The translations under genes and the position numbers were made by a program. This document shows positions 1 to 10,650 of a stretch of 64,000 nucleotides of DNA, piece by piece. The stretch is from Octopus sinensis (taxonomy: Eukaryota), in the NCBI RefSeq assembly GCF_006345805.1, contig NW_021833232.1, forward strand, positions 21,309-85,308, read 5' to 3'. Positions within the stretch are counted from its first letter, which is position 1; each line of letters begins with the position of its first letter. The notes under the pieces were generated by a model. It made no database searches. It saw nothing but the letters and a program-made list of their open reading frames with translations, and was not told the DNA's origin.

Positions 1-85
1 GCTGCTGATCTTAACTGATTGGAAGTGTCATCGTGTACATTGTTTTGTCTTAGTATAAAAGATGGGCTATAGCAAATATTCTGCA
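1..85 (-). mobile_element. Fragment of non-autonomous (AAT)n-associated repeat (same family as 1758-2267); runs off the window start
   Basis: ctgattggaagtgt..aaaagatgggctatagcaaatattctgc matches 1759-1830 and 53370-53400; strand is inferred. Confidence 0.75.
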
Positions 86-300
86 CTCAACTATCAACAT
101 AGCTCAAAAAGATCGGTGCAAGTGTGAAGGTAGAACACCTACAAATATCAGCATTGCTTGGAACTGCAAGAATACTTTGCAGGGTTATTGAAGCATGACC
201 AGTAAACAAGTGTCACCTTAGTCTGCTAGCTGTGGACAGGTGACACTTTCCATCATACCCAGCAAAACAAGGTGTGAGTTTTTATAAAATAATAATAATA
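86..300 (+). mobile_element. R4/Dong-like (RLE) non-LTR retrotransposon 3' end, family 1, 5'-truncated
   Basis: Reads ...VKVEHLQISALLGTARILCRVIEA* (stop 196-198), the LQKxALLGTARILRKVL-type C-terminus; 3'UTR stem gtgtcacct/aggtgacac (210-246); (AAT)n tail; paralogous to 1024-1310. Confidence 0.75.
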
Positions 301-304
301 TCCT

Positions 305-652
305 GAGGGAAATGATTGCAAAATCCTGTGGGATGCAATGATTTAATTGCAAAATTTTGTGGGATGCAATAATTTGATAGGGAAATCTTGTGGGATACAA
401 AGATTTGATTATAAAATCTGTGGATGCAATGATCCAATTGCAAAATCCTGTGGGATGCAATGATTTGATTGCAAAATTTTGTGAGATGCAACAATTTGAT
501 TGGAAAATCTTGTGGGATACAAAGATTTGATTACAAAATCCGTGGATGCAATGATCCAATTACAAAATCCTGTGGGATGCAATGATTTGATTACAAAATC
601 TTGTGGGATGCAATGATTCGATTGGAAAATCCTGTGGGATGCAATGATTTAG
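305..652. repeat. 31-bp minisatellite (~11 units) organised as a 122-bp four-unit higher-order repeat
   Basis: Unit ~gatgcaatgatttgattgcaaaatcctgtgg; atcc starts at 323, 445, 567 (122-bp spacing) with variant units recurring in the same order. Confidence 0.9.
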
Positions 653-778
653 TACAACCATCAGATAAGACATCTGACATTATTGTAGTGAACAAAAAAG
701 AAAAATCTTGCAGGATAATTGACATAGCCATGCTCCGGTGATAACAGGATCAAAGAGGAGGAAGAAAAATGAATAACT

Positions 779-1023
779 GCAATAATAATATAATAATAAT
801 AATAATAATAATTGGGTACAGTGCTCAGGTGCACTACAACTCATCTAAAGTGTATATATAATCAGGTGTAGTTTCGGCGGATTTCGGAAAGCATGAGGGC
901 CTTAAAGGATGCAGTGTCATGGCAGTCAACAACTGACGCAGGCAGTTTATTCCACGCTTCAGCAACCCTGAGCGTGAAAAAATGTTTCCGAAAGTCATGG
1001 GAGCTGTGTTGTTTTCTGACTTT
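779..1023 (-). mobile_element. CR1-clade LINE 3' end (ORF2 C-terminus, 3'UTR, (ATT)n tail), 5'-truncated
   Basis: Minus strand 1023->862 reads KVRKQHSSHDFRKHFFTLRVAEAWNKLPASVVDCHDTASFKALMLSEIRRNYT*, the RKHFFxxRVxxxWNxLP motif; not in ORF track (no Met). Confidence 0.8.
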
Positions 1024-1353
1024 GAATTGAAGTGGGCAATGAAGAGGACGGGCGTGATGCGAATAGTGATTGGTGTGCTGGGAAAGTATCAGCTCTCAAC
1101 TACCAACATAGCTAAAAAAAAACAAAAAAAAACTGGTACAAATATAAAAATAGAACGCCTGCAAAAATCCTCATTGCTTGGAACTGCAAGAGTTCTCCAC
1201 ATGCTTCTTGAAGCATGATCACTAAGCAAATGTCACCTTAGTCTGCAGGCTCTGGACAGCTGACACTTTCCATCATACGCAACAAAATAAGCTGAGAGTT
1301 TTCATCAAATAATAATAATAATAATAAAAGTAATGTTAATAATAATAATGATG

Positions 1354-1412
<59 letters not shown>
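1024..1412 (+). mobile_element. R4/Dong-like retrotransposon 3' end, family 1, with (AAT)n tail
   Basis: ORF 982-1218 ends IVIGVLG...ERLQKSSLLGTARVLHMLLEA* (PIVIGALG and LLGTAR motifs); 3'UTR matches 199-290; AAT run 1309-1412. Confidence 0.8.
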
Positions 1413-1416
<4 letters not shown>

Positions 1417-1682
1417 TCAGACAAATACATAACAAAAACACCAGGACTTACAAACATCTAACATACAGAAAATTGCACTACTAGGCACTGCACACATCCT
1501 ACGCAGAACACTTTCCATACAATAACCATCAGAGCATCACAACAAATCACAGCACATACCCAAGGCACACAGAGCTGTGCTCGGTAGTGAAGTGAAAGCA
1601 CGCTATAAAAATAAAACTACTGAATAACAATAATAATAATAATAATAATGATAATAATGATAATAATAATAATACTAATGAA

Positions 1683-1726
<44 letters not shown>

Positions 1727-1757
1727 TAATAATAATAATAATGAAAATAATAATAAA
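1413..1757 (+). mobile_element. R4/Dong-like retrotransposon 3' end, family 2, with (AAT)n tail
   Basis: IQKIALLGTAHILRRTLSIQ* (stop 1523-1525), a different ~100-bp 3'UTR, then AAT array from ~1624. Confidence 0.75.
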
Positions 1758-2267
1758 ACTGATTGGAAGTGTTATCATGTACATTGTTTTGTTTTGGTAT
1801 AAAAGATGGGCTACAGCAAATATTCTGCTCAATACCACAGATTTGCTTGTCAGTTGTTTGACCTTAACCAGTTGAGCATGTCCCTTAGTGGCTGATGATA
1901 TGTACGTCTCTGATCACGAGCAGAAGTAGTGGGGGAGCATCATAGCCGTGTGTTGAAAGGAATTCTTAGGGGTTTGGATAATTCACCTCTGGAAACATGG
2001 GTGATTCGTTCAACATCCTTAAACAATCCTTATTCGGGGACCTTTTGAGTGGGACGGGCTACTCGACCAGAAGAAAATTCTAACTGGGCCCCACCTGCAA
2101 AGTCATGTGCTGTTTATCTTGATATGAGATCACCATGTCGCGCACATATGGTTGTGATGCATGTGCTTAGTGTACCCTTATCAGACAGGTAGTCATGGTG
2201 GGTATATTGAGCTTCATATATTTGTACCCCAGTGTCACTTTGATGGCATGCACTGGTCTCTCACTCA
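1758..2267 (-). mobile_element. Non-autonomous ~510-bp repeat flanked on both sides by (AAT)n
   Basis: Three copies in the window (1-85, 1758-2267, 53370-53628); the two internal copies abut AAT arrays; no long ORF; orientation inferred. Confidence 0.7.
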
Positions 2268-2269
2268 GC

Positions 2270-2307
<38 letters not shown>

Positions 2308-2309
<2 letters not shown>

Positions 2310-2518
2310 GTTTTAAGTTTTGACACAATGCCAGCAATTTTGAGGGAGGAGCTAAGTCGATTACATCAACCCTAGGGTTCAACTGGTACTTGTTTTATCA
2401 ACCCTGAAATGAGGAAAGCCAGTCAACCTTGGTGGAATTTGAACACAAAACGTAAAGACAACTGAAATACTGTTAAGCATTTTTACCGACATTTTAATGA
2501 TTCTGTCAGCTCACTGCC

Positions 2519-2520
<2 letters not shown>
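2308..2520 (-). mobile_element. tRNA-derived SINE family B (Deu/Nin-domain-like core), degenerate
   Basis: Minus strand has A-box-like ggcagtgagctgacagaa and B-box-like gtgttcaaattcc; homologous to 5336-5557 and 53068-53271. Confidence 0.7.
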
Positions 2521-2549
<29 letters not shown>

Positions 2550-2550
<1 letters not shown>

Positions 2551-2687
2551 TCACTAGTACAACACTAAGTACAAAACCAAATATATGGCGCTCTAGACGT
2601 AACACCAACATGACTTCCAACTTGTCTCTTGAGGTCTCTGGGTGAGACTTGGAGCCAGCTTGTACAAATGTAAAGCGAAAGTCAAAC

Positions 2688-2735
<48 letters not shown>
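2550..2735 (+). mobile_element. Probable 3'UTR of a third AAT-tailed retroelement
   Basis: 140-bp island between AAT arrays with stem gtctc/gagac (2624-2648) resembling the family-1 3'UTR stem; no coding remnant. Confidence 0.45.
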
Positions 2736-2736
<1 letters not shown>

Positions 2737-2876
2737 CCTTTCTACTGGAGGCATAGGGCCTCAAATTTGAGGTGCAGGGGACTAGTCAATTACATCGACC
2801 CCAGTGTTTCACTGGTACTTAATTTATTGACCCCCAAAAGGATGAAAGGAAAAGTCAACCAAGGCTTCAAATTTTG
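2737..2876 (-). mobile_element. SINE family B 3' fragment
   Basis: catcgaccccagtg..actggtacttaatttattgaccccc.aaaggatgaaagg core shared with 5410-5470. Confidence 0.7.
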
Positions 2877-3087
2877 GCTTGATTTATGGCTTGACTGTTC
2901 ATTGCTGTTTAACCCTAGGTCAAAACTGATTAAAGAAAACAAAACTCAAAATACATCTGATCAAAATGATTCCAGCTATGACCTTCTCCCTATACTGCAT
3001 TTTTTATTCAGGCTATGTGTATCCAGGGCTACATTATCCAATGTGTCTTTTTTTGAAAGTGAGTTGATTGTAAACTGTTGTTTCTAG

Positions 3088-4320
3088 AAGATGGTGGTGC
3101 TGGTGCTAGCAGTGGTGATGATGGTGATGATGATTGCATTGGTAGTGGTGGTGGTTGTTGTTGGTGGTGGTGGTGTTGGTGATGGTGGTGGTGGTGGTTG
3201 TTGTTGGTGGTGGTGGTGTTGGTGGTGATGGTAGTGGTGGTGGCATTGGTGATGGTGGTGGTGATGTTGATGATGGTGGCGGCGGTGGTGTTGGTGGTGA
3301 TGTTGATGATGGTGGTGGCGTCGGTAATGGTGGTGGTGATGTTGATGATGTTGTTGTTGTTGTTGGTGGTGGTGGTGTTGGTGGTGATGGTAGTGGTGGT
3401 GGTGTCGGTGATGGTGGTGGTGATGTTGATGATGGTGGTGGTGGTGTGGTGGTGATGGTAGTGGTGGTGGTGTTGGTGATGGCGGTGATGATGGGGTAGG
3501 GTTCTTAGGTAGATTGCATGACGTGTAAAGTATCATTAAAGGGGTAAGGTGTAGGAGAGAGATGGAGAGTGGGGGAGCAGATTAGTGCAACGTGGTGCAG
3601 GATGGTGCAGAGGGGCACTGAATGCAGCACATGGCGGCACAAGGTGGCATGCGGGGTTTAGTGTTAGAGGGGGTAAGCTAAAATTGAAACTGATTTTTTC
3701 ACATTACAACCCATATAAAGTGTGAAGAAAAGGAGGAGGAGGAGGTGGTGCAGAGTGGCAGTGATGATGATGATGATGATGGTGGTGATGGTGGTGATGG
3801 TGATGGTGTTTAGTGGTCTGTGGTGGTGGTAGTGGTAGTGGTAGTGGTGATGGCAGTGATGGTGGTTGTGGTGCTGGCGATGGTGGTGATGGTGGTAGTG
3901 GTGAGGGTATTGGTGGTGGTGGTGGTGGTGGTGGTTGTGGTGATGGTGTGATGGTGGTGATTGGTTTTGGTGGTGGTGGTTGGTGGTGGTGGTGGTTGTG
4001 ATGGTTGTGGCGATGGTGGTGATGGTGGTAGTGGTGATGGTATTGGTTGGTGGTGGTGGTGGTGGTTGTGATGGTTGTGGTGGTGGTGGTGATGGTGGTA
4101 GTGGTTGTGTTGTGTTGGTGGTTGGTGGTGGTTGTGATGGTTGTGGTGATGGTGTGATGGTGGTGATTGGTTGTGGTGGTGGTTGGTGGTGGTGGTTGGT
4201 GGTGGTGGTGGTTGGTGGTGGTGGTTGGCTGGTTGTGGTAGTGATGGTGGTGGTGGTGGTGATGATGGTGGTAGTGGCAGTGGTGGTGGTGGTGGTGGAG
4301 TGGTTGTTGTGGTTAGCAGC
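3088..4320. repeat. Compound (GGT)/(GAT) trinucleotide microsatellite tracts
   Basis: Continuous ggt/gat runs at 3088-3495 and 3730-4320. Confidence 0.9.
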
Positions 4321-4914
4321 ATTTTAGGGTAGCGTGGTTGAAACATTGTACAGGAGGAGAAAGAGGAGGAGGAGGAAGAGAATGTCAAATTCTCTTGTAA
4401 TGTGAGGGGAGTGTGTGTGCATGTGTGTGTGGGTGTGTGGGGGTGGGGGTGTGGAAGGGGTTGGGGAGAGGCAGGGATGAGGCAGAGGATGTGCAAACAA
4501 ATTCTCTCATTTCTGCAAGAACAAAATCCAAGAATCCATTCCATTCCATCTCCTCTGATCCCCCCCACACACACACGCCCCAGCACCCAAAGTCCTCCCC
4601 ATGCACCTTTCTCCAAACACCTCACCCCGTCACCCCGCCACCATCATCACCACCATCGCCACCACCACCAACACCATCACCCTAAACAGAGACAGAAAAG
4701 GCAAAAAGAAAATACAAATGAAAGACACGCACACACACACACATACACACAGACATATACATGTGCACACATACATGCATATACACACACACATATACAC
4801 ACATACATACACACACATGCACACACGTATATACACGTCCACCTACCTCATCTCTGACTAGTGCCGACACAGAGATTTCTCTTTGGTTTGTCTTAAAAAT
4901 GGTATTGCCCATAC

Positions 4915-5152
4915 CAGCATCATCATCATCATTGTCATCATCATCATCGTCATCGTCGTCGTCATCATTGTCATCATCATCATCATCGTCATCATCCTCA
5001 TCATTATCATCATCATCATCATCATTGTCATCATCATCATCATCATCATCATTGTCATCATCATCATCATTGTCATCATCATCCTCATCATTTCATCATC
5101 ATTATCATCATCATCATCATTGTCATCATCATTATCATCACCATCATCGTCA
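4915..5152. repeat. (CAT)n microsatellite
   Basis: Direct reading. Confidence 0.95.
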
Positions 5153-5303
5153 TAATCCTTTTTCTCTCCCTCTCCCTTCTCTCCGTGTAAATATATATAC
5201 ATGATAGATTTCTGAGTGGACATATGCATATGTGTGTATGTATTCATGTATGTATATATATATACATATATATGTGTGTGTGTGTGCATGTGCGTGTATG
5301 TGT

Positions 5304-5335
<32 letters not shown>

Positions 5336-5338
<3 letters not shown>

Positions 5339-5555
5339 CTTTACTACCCACAAGGGGCTAAATACAGAGGGGACAAACGAGGACAGACAAATGGATTAAG
5401 TCGATTATATCGACCCCAGTGCGTAACTGGTACTTAATTTATCGACCCCGAAAGGATGAAAGGCAAAGTTGACCTTGGTGGAATTTGAACTCAGAACGTA
5501 ATGACAGACGAAATACGGCTACACATTTTGCCCGGCATGCTAACGTTTCTGCCAG

Positions 5556-5557
<2 letters not shown>
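5336..5557 (-). mobile_element. SINE family B, near full length
   Basis: Minus strand gctggcagaaacgttagcatgccgggc...gagttcaaattcc (pol III boxes) plus ttcatcctttcggggtcgataaattaagtaccag core. Confidence 0.8.
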
Positions 5558-5590
<33 letters not shown>

Positions 5591-6004
5591 CTTTTACTTG
5601 TTTCAGTCATTAGACTATGGCCATGCTGAGGCACTGCCTTGAATTTTTAGTCGAATGAATCGACCCCAGTACTTATTTTTTGAAAGCCTGGTACTCATTC
5701 TATCAGTCTCTTTTGCCGAACCCCTAAAATACAGGGACACAAACGCACCAACACTGGTTGTCAAATGATGGTGGTGGGACAAACACAGACACAAAGATAA
5801 ACACATAAACACATCATATACATGTATATATATACATATACGACGGGCTACTTTCAGTTTCCATTTCTGAAATCTACTCGCAAGGCTTTGGTGAGCCTGA
5901 AGCTATATTGAAAGAGACTTGCCCAAGGTGCCATGCAGTGTGACTGAACCCAGAACCATAGAATTGAGAAGCAAGCTTCTTACCACACAACTGAACCTGT
6001 GCCT
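5591..6004 (-). mobile_element. tRNA-derived SINE family A, full length, diverged
   Basis: Homologous end to end to 54326-54722 and 57363-57774. Confidence 0.85.
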
Positions 6005-6018
6005 ATATATATATATAC

Positions 6019-6068
<50 letters not shown>

Positions 6069-6079
6069 GATATATATGA

Positions 6080-6117
<38 letters not shown>

Positions 6118-6277
6118 ATATACTATATATCTATATATATATCATATATATATCTATATATACGATAATACATATATACATATATCATATATATACATTT
6201 ATATATATACACAACACACATATATATATATATAAACATATATATTATATATATATAATATATATATATATATAATA

Positions 6278-6321
<44 letters not shown>

Positions 6322-6360
6322 CATACATATATATACATATATATGTATGTATATTTGTAT

Positions 6361-6400
<40 letters not shown>

Positions 6401-6460
6401 TATGTATATTTTATGTATATATATAATATATATCTATGATATATATATATATATATATAT
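6005..6460. repeat. Degenerate (AT)n tract
   Basis: Direct reading. Confidence 0.95.
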
Positions 6461-6559
6461 TGATAAAACGGTAAGATAAACAAAGAAAGAAAGAGACCTC
6501 AATATTATGTAAATAGAGGAAATTTATCTATACAATATGTTACATTACTCGGTAGTCAA

Positions 6560-6620
6560 GATAAAACTCTGAGTTTCAGATGCCGAAGTGGAAATCCACA
6601 ACACCATCTCTTCGGTTATC
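6560..6620 (-). ncRNA. Hammerhead-ribozyme-like motif (mirror copy in left arm)
   Basis: Reverse complement of 7139-7199. Confidence 0.5.
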
Positions 6621-7138
6621 TGGCTATTTGAAACGTTATGAAAAAATACCGTTAAAAATGAAGGGAAATTACTCTGTTATACTCTGCTTTGCCTGTGTAC
6701 TTATACATCGCTCGCATTTTTCGTCATAAAAATTATATAAAAATACATAAAAATATATAAAAATATAAAAAATATACAATAAAATCTTCTTGGGACATAA
6801 CACAGAAAGCATGTTCTATATCCGTTTTCTTTAGGGACCAAAAACGTAACAGAAATTTAGTCACATGTCTAAATACAAGGACAGAGTTTTTCGGATCATG
6901 CCCACATGTGACTAATTTCTGTTACGTTTTTGGTCCCCTAAAGAACACGGATAGAACATGCTTTCTGGGTTATGTCCCAAGAAGATTTTATATATTTTTA
7001 TATATTTTTTATGTATTTTTATATAATTTTATGACGAAAAATGCGAGCGATGTATAAGTACACAGGCAAAGCAGAGTTATAACAGAGTAATTTCCCTTCA
7101 TTTTTAACGGTATTTTTTCATAACATTTTCAATAGCCA

Positions 7139-7199
7139 GATAACCGAAGAGATGGTGTTGTGGATTTCCACTTCGGCATCTGAAACTCAGAGTTTTATC
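7139..7199 (+). ncRNA. Hammerhead-ribozyme-like motif (type I topology, near-palindromic helix III)
   Basis: gataa - ccgaaga - gatg[...]catc - t - gaaa - ctc a gag t t - ttatc: helix I gataa/ttatc, core CCGAAGA (vs CUGANGA), helix II, GAAA, helix III, UH site; deviates at U4 and has a 1-nt bulge. Confidence 0.5.
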
Positions 7200-7327
7200 T
7201 TGACTACCGAGTAATGTAACAATTGTATATATAATATATAGATATATATATATATATATATAATCTTATTTATTAGGGAATAAAAATTCCGGCATAACAG
7301 GGGTTCAAATTATTCTCAATGAAGAAA

Positions 7328-7548
7328 TATATATTTTTTTATTTAGAGATAGTAGGCCCCTTCATCTCACCATATAAAAAATAATTTTTATTTTAGATAC
7401 CTACTATCTTATAACTTGGCTACATGTGTTGGCTACATGTACCTCATGAAACATGTGTAGCCAAGTTATAAAATAGTAGGTATTTAAAATAAAAATTCTT
7501 TTTTATATGGTGAGATGAAGGGGCCTAACGATCTCTAAATAAAATATA
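7328..7548. repeat. Second fold-back, ~100-bp arms, ~27-bp loop
   Basis: atttagagatagtaggccccttcatctcaccatataaaaaa..ataacttggctaca vs tgtagccaagttat..ttttttatatggtgagatgaaggggcctaacgatctctaaat. Confidence 0.85.
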
Positions 7549-7605
7549 TCATCATCATCATCATCATATATATTTATATTTGTGTGTGTGTGTGATATAT
7601 ATACA

Positions 7606-8036
7606 TTTTACTTGTTTTAGTTATTAGACTGCAGCCATGCTGGAGCACTGCTTTGAAGAAAAAGTCTGGTACTTATTGTGTCAGGCTCTTTTGCCAAACT
7701 GCTAAGTTACAGGAACATAAACACACCAACACTGGTTATCAAGTGGTGATGCAGGACAAACAGTCACAGAGGCACATGCATACATCTATACTCTGTTACT
7801 TGGTTCAGTCATTTGACTGTGGCCATGCTGGAGCACCACCTTTAGTCGAGGAAATCGACATCGGGGCTTATTCTTTGTAAGCCTAATACTTATTCTATCA
7901 GTCTCTTTTGCTGAACCGTTAAGTTACGGGGACAGAAACATACCAGCATCGGTTGTCAAGTGATGTTGGGGGGACAAACACACACACACACATACATATA
8001 TATATATACATATACATATATACGACGGGCTTCTTT
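7606..8036 (-). mobile_element. Two tandem SINE A 3'-half fragments (7606-7770 degenerate; 7791-8036)
   Basis: gactgtggccatgctggagcac..gccgaacc..ttacggggac motifs. Confidence 0.8.
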
Positions 8037-8037
8037 A

Positions 8038-8436
8038 AGGCGTAGGAGTGGCTGTGTGGTAAGTAGCTTGTTTATGAACCACATGGTTCTGGGTTCAGTC
8101 CCACTGCATGGCACGTTGGGCAAGTGTCTTCTACTATAGCCTCGGGTTGACCGAAGCCTTGTGAGTGGATTTGGTAGACGGAAACTGATAGAAGCCTGTC
8201 GTATATATGTATATATATATATATATATATGTGTGTGTTTGTGTGTCTGTGTTTGTCCCCCTAGCATTGCTTGACAACCGATGCTGATGTGTTTACGTCC
8301 CCGTCACTTAGCGGTTCGGCAAAAGCGACCGATAGAATAAGTACTAGGCTTACAAAGAATAAGTCCTGGGGTTGATTTGCTCGACTAAAGGCAGTGCTCC
8401 GGCATGGCCACAGTCAAATGACTGAAACAAGTAAAA
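8038..8436 (+). mobile_element. SINE family A, full length
   Basis: aggcgtaggagtggctgtgtggtaag (A box tggctgtgtgg), gggttcagtccc (B box), accttggg/acgttgggcaag core, central (TA)(TG) microsatellite, aaacaagtaaaa tail. Confidence 0.9.
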
Positions 8437-8699
8437 TAGTAGTAGTATAGTTATTTACAGCATCTAACTGTTAAATAAAATTATGGATGTGAAAAATCTC
8501 TGTTCTTATTATTAATACTATATATATATATGTATGGTGTGTGTGTGTGTGTATGTATGTATCACACATCTGCTGAAAACTATGTCCAATGAAGAATTCA
8601 TGTATTAATCTCTTAAATTCTCATTGAAATGACATCTAACAAGAACATAAAAGAAAAGCAACTCCATTAGTTTTGTCTCTTGTTTTACCAATTCCGTCT

Positions 8700-9812
8700 T
8701 GGATATCCTTCCTTATTCTTTGTCTTCTTTTTCCTTTCTAATTCTATTTTCATTCTTCCTTTCATTTCTCATTCTTAAATTCTTTCATTTTTATTGGTTT
8801 TTCCTTCTGTTGTTTCCCTTCTTTTTTTTTTCAGCAGGGGATGAGTAGTCATTGTTCTATGTTCCTTATTCCTTCATTCTTTTGGTTTTCATTTTCCATT
8901 CCTTAATTCTACCATTTAAACCTTTGAATTAATCAGCGTTTTTCTCTTCTTGAATTCTTCATTTTTCATTCTCCTATTCTTGTGTCTTCAATCCTTCATT
9001 CCTTATTCCTTAATACTTCATTTTTTGAGTCTGTAATTCTTTCAGTTTCCATCCCTCGATTCTACCATTATATATTCTTCATATCTTCATTTGCTTTTCT
9101 TGAAGTCATCATTTCTCATTCTCTAATTCTTCATTATTCTTCAGTTCCCATCATTTTTATTCCTCAAGTCTCAATCATACTTAAATTCTTCATTGCTCAT
9201 TCTTTCAACCTTTATTCAATTCTTATTTTATTCTTCATTCTTCAGGACTTCGTAATTCCTTCTTTAATTTTATTTTCATTTTTCAATATATAATTCTATT
9301 TTTTCAATTTTTTCAATTCTTCAATTCTTTTTTTTTATTTAAATATTATTCTTCAACTTCCCAATTCTTTGTTTGCCATTTTCTAATTTTTTTATTCTAT
9401 TCTTCAAATCTTTAATTCTTTGTTCTTAAATTCTCCAACTATATTCTGAAGTTTTTCTTTTTCCACTCTTCATTCTCAAATTCTGCAATTTTTATTCTTC
9501 AATTTTCATTCCCCATTTTTCATATTCTTCAACATTTATTCTTCAATTTTTCACTTCTTCATTCTCAAATTCTTCAAATTTTATTCTTCCAATTCTCATG
9601 CTGAAGTTTTTCAACTTTTATTCTTTAGTCCTTCAATTCTTCAAATCTTCAATTCTTCCTTCTCAAATTCTTCACTTTATCTTCAATTCTTCATTCTCAA
9701 ATTTTACAACATTGCCATTCTTGAAATCTCAGTTCTTCCTTATCAAATTCTTCAACTTTCATTCTTAAATTTTTCAAGTTTTGTTTCTCAAATCTTCAAT
9801 TCTTCTTTCTTA
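8700..9812. repeat. Pyrimidine-rich degenerate low-complexity tract (ttcttcaattc-like motifs)
   Basis: Recurrent ttcttca/attctcaaatt motifs, G almost absent. Confidence 0.75.
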
Positions 9813-10045
9813 AACTCTTTTACTTGTTTCAGTCATTTGATTGTGGCCATGCTGGAGCACTGCCTTTAGTCAAGCAAATCGACCCCAGGACTTATTCTTT
9901 GTAAGCCTAGTACTTATTCTATCGGTCTCTTTTGCCAAACCATTAAGTTACGGGGACAGAAACATATCAGCATCGGTTGTCAAGTGATGTTGGGGGGACA
10001 AACACAGATACACAAGCACATACACACATACATATACATATATAT

Positions 10046-10046
<1 letters not shown>

Positions 10047-10077
<31 letters not shown>

Positions 10078-10372
10078 TTAACGTACGTTTTCTACGCTAG
10101 CATGGATTGGACGGTTTAACCGGGGTCTGGAAGCCATGGAGGCTGCACCAGGCTCTAGTCTGTTTGGCAGTGTTTCTACAGCTGGATGCCCTTCCTAACG
10201 CCAACCACTCCATGAGTGTAGTGGGTGGGTGTTTTTTACGTGCCACCGGCACAGGGGCCAGAGCAGGCTGGCAAACGGCCATGATCGGTTGGTGCTTTTA
10301 CGTGTCACCGACACGGATGCCAGCCAGGCGGCACTGGCATCTGCCACTTCCTGATGGTGCTTTTTACGTGTC
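10047..10372 (-). mobile_element. Family D: RTE-like LINE 3' end with (GAT)n tail
   Basis: ttggcgttaggaagggcatccagctgtagaaa core, ccaatccatgctagc..acgttaaatgatgatg end on minus strand. Confidence 0.75.
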
Positions 10373-10454
10373 TATATATATATATATGTACATATATATA
10401 TTTATGTGCATATATACGACATATTATATATATATATATGTACATATAAACAAC

Positions 10455-10515
<61 letters not shown>

Positions 10516-10613
10516 ATATATATATATGTACATATATAATATATGACATATATACGACATATATATATATGTACATGTAAACGACATATATATATATATA
10601 TATACATGTAAAC

Positions 10614-10649
<36 letters not shown>

Positions 10650-10650
<1 letters not shown>

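Larger units (their letters stand above)
6530..7228. repeat. ~700-bp fold-back: arms 6530-6868 and 6904-7228, 35-bp spacer; probably a PLE terminal repeat in inverted duplication
   Basis: Arms are near-perfect reverse complements (e.g. gttacattactcggtagtcaagataaaactctgagtttcagatgcc vs ggcatctgaaactcagagttttatcttgactaccgagtaatgtaac); PLE origin inferred from embedded hammerhead-like motif. Confidence 0.9.

Noticed and set aside
982-1218. 78-aa ORF as a host gene
   Set aside because: Chimeric: the first ~14 codons are antisense CR1 sequence, the rest is a Dong-like retrotransposon end
3084-5289. His/Pro/Val/Gly/Met-rich ORFs
   Set aside because: Translations of GGT/GAT/CAT microsatellites; the same applies to 14162-14734, 16036-16583, 36609-37364 and 49682-50721
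10107-10514. Recurrent peptides such as FLQLDALPNANHS, QSFDCGHAGAPPL and CPRCHAVGLNPEPCGW as a gene family
   Set aside because: They are incidental translations of the family D and SINE A repeats, in inconsistent frames between copies
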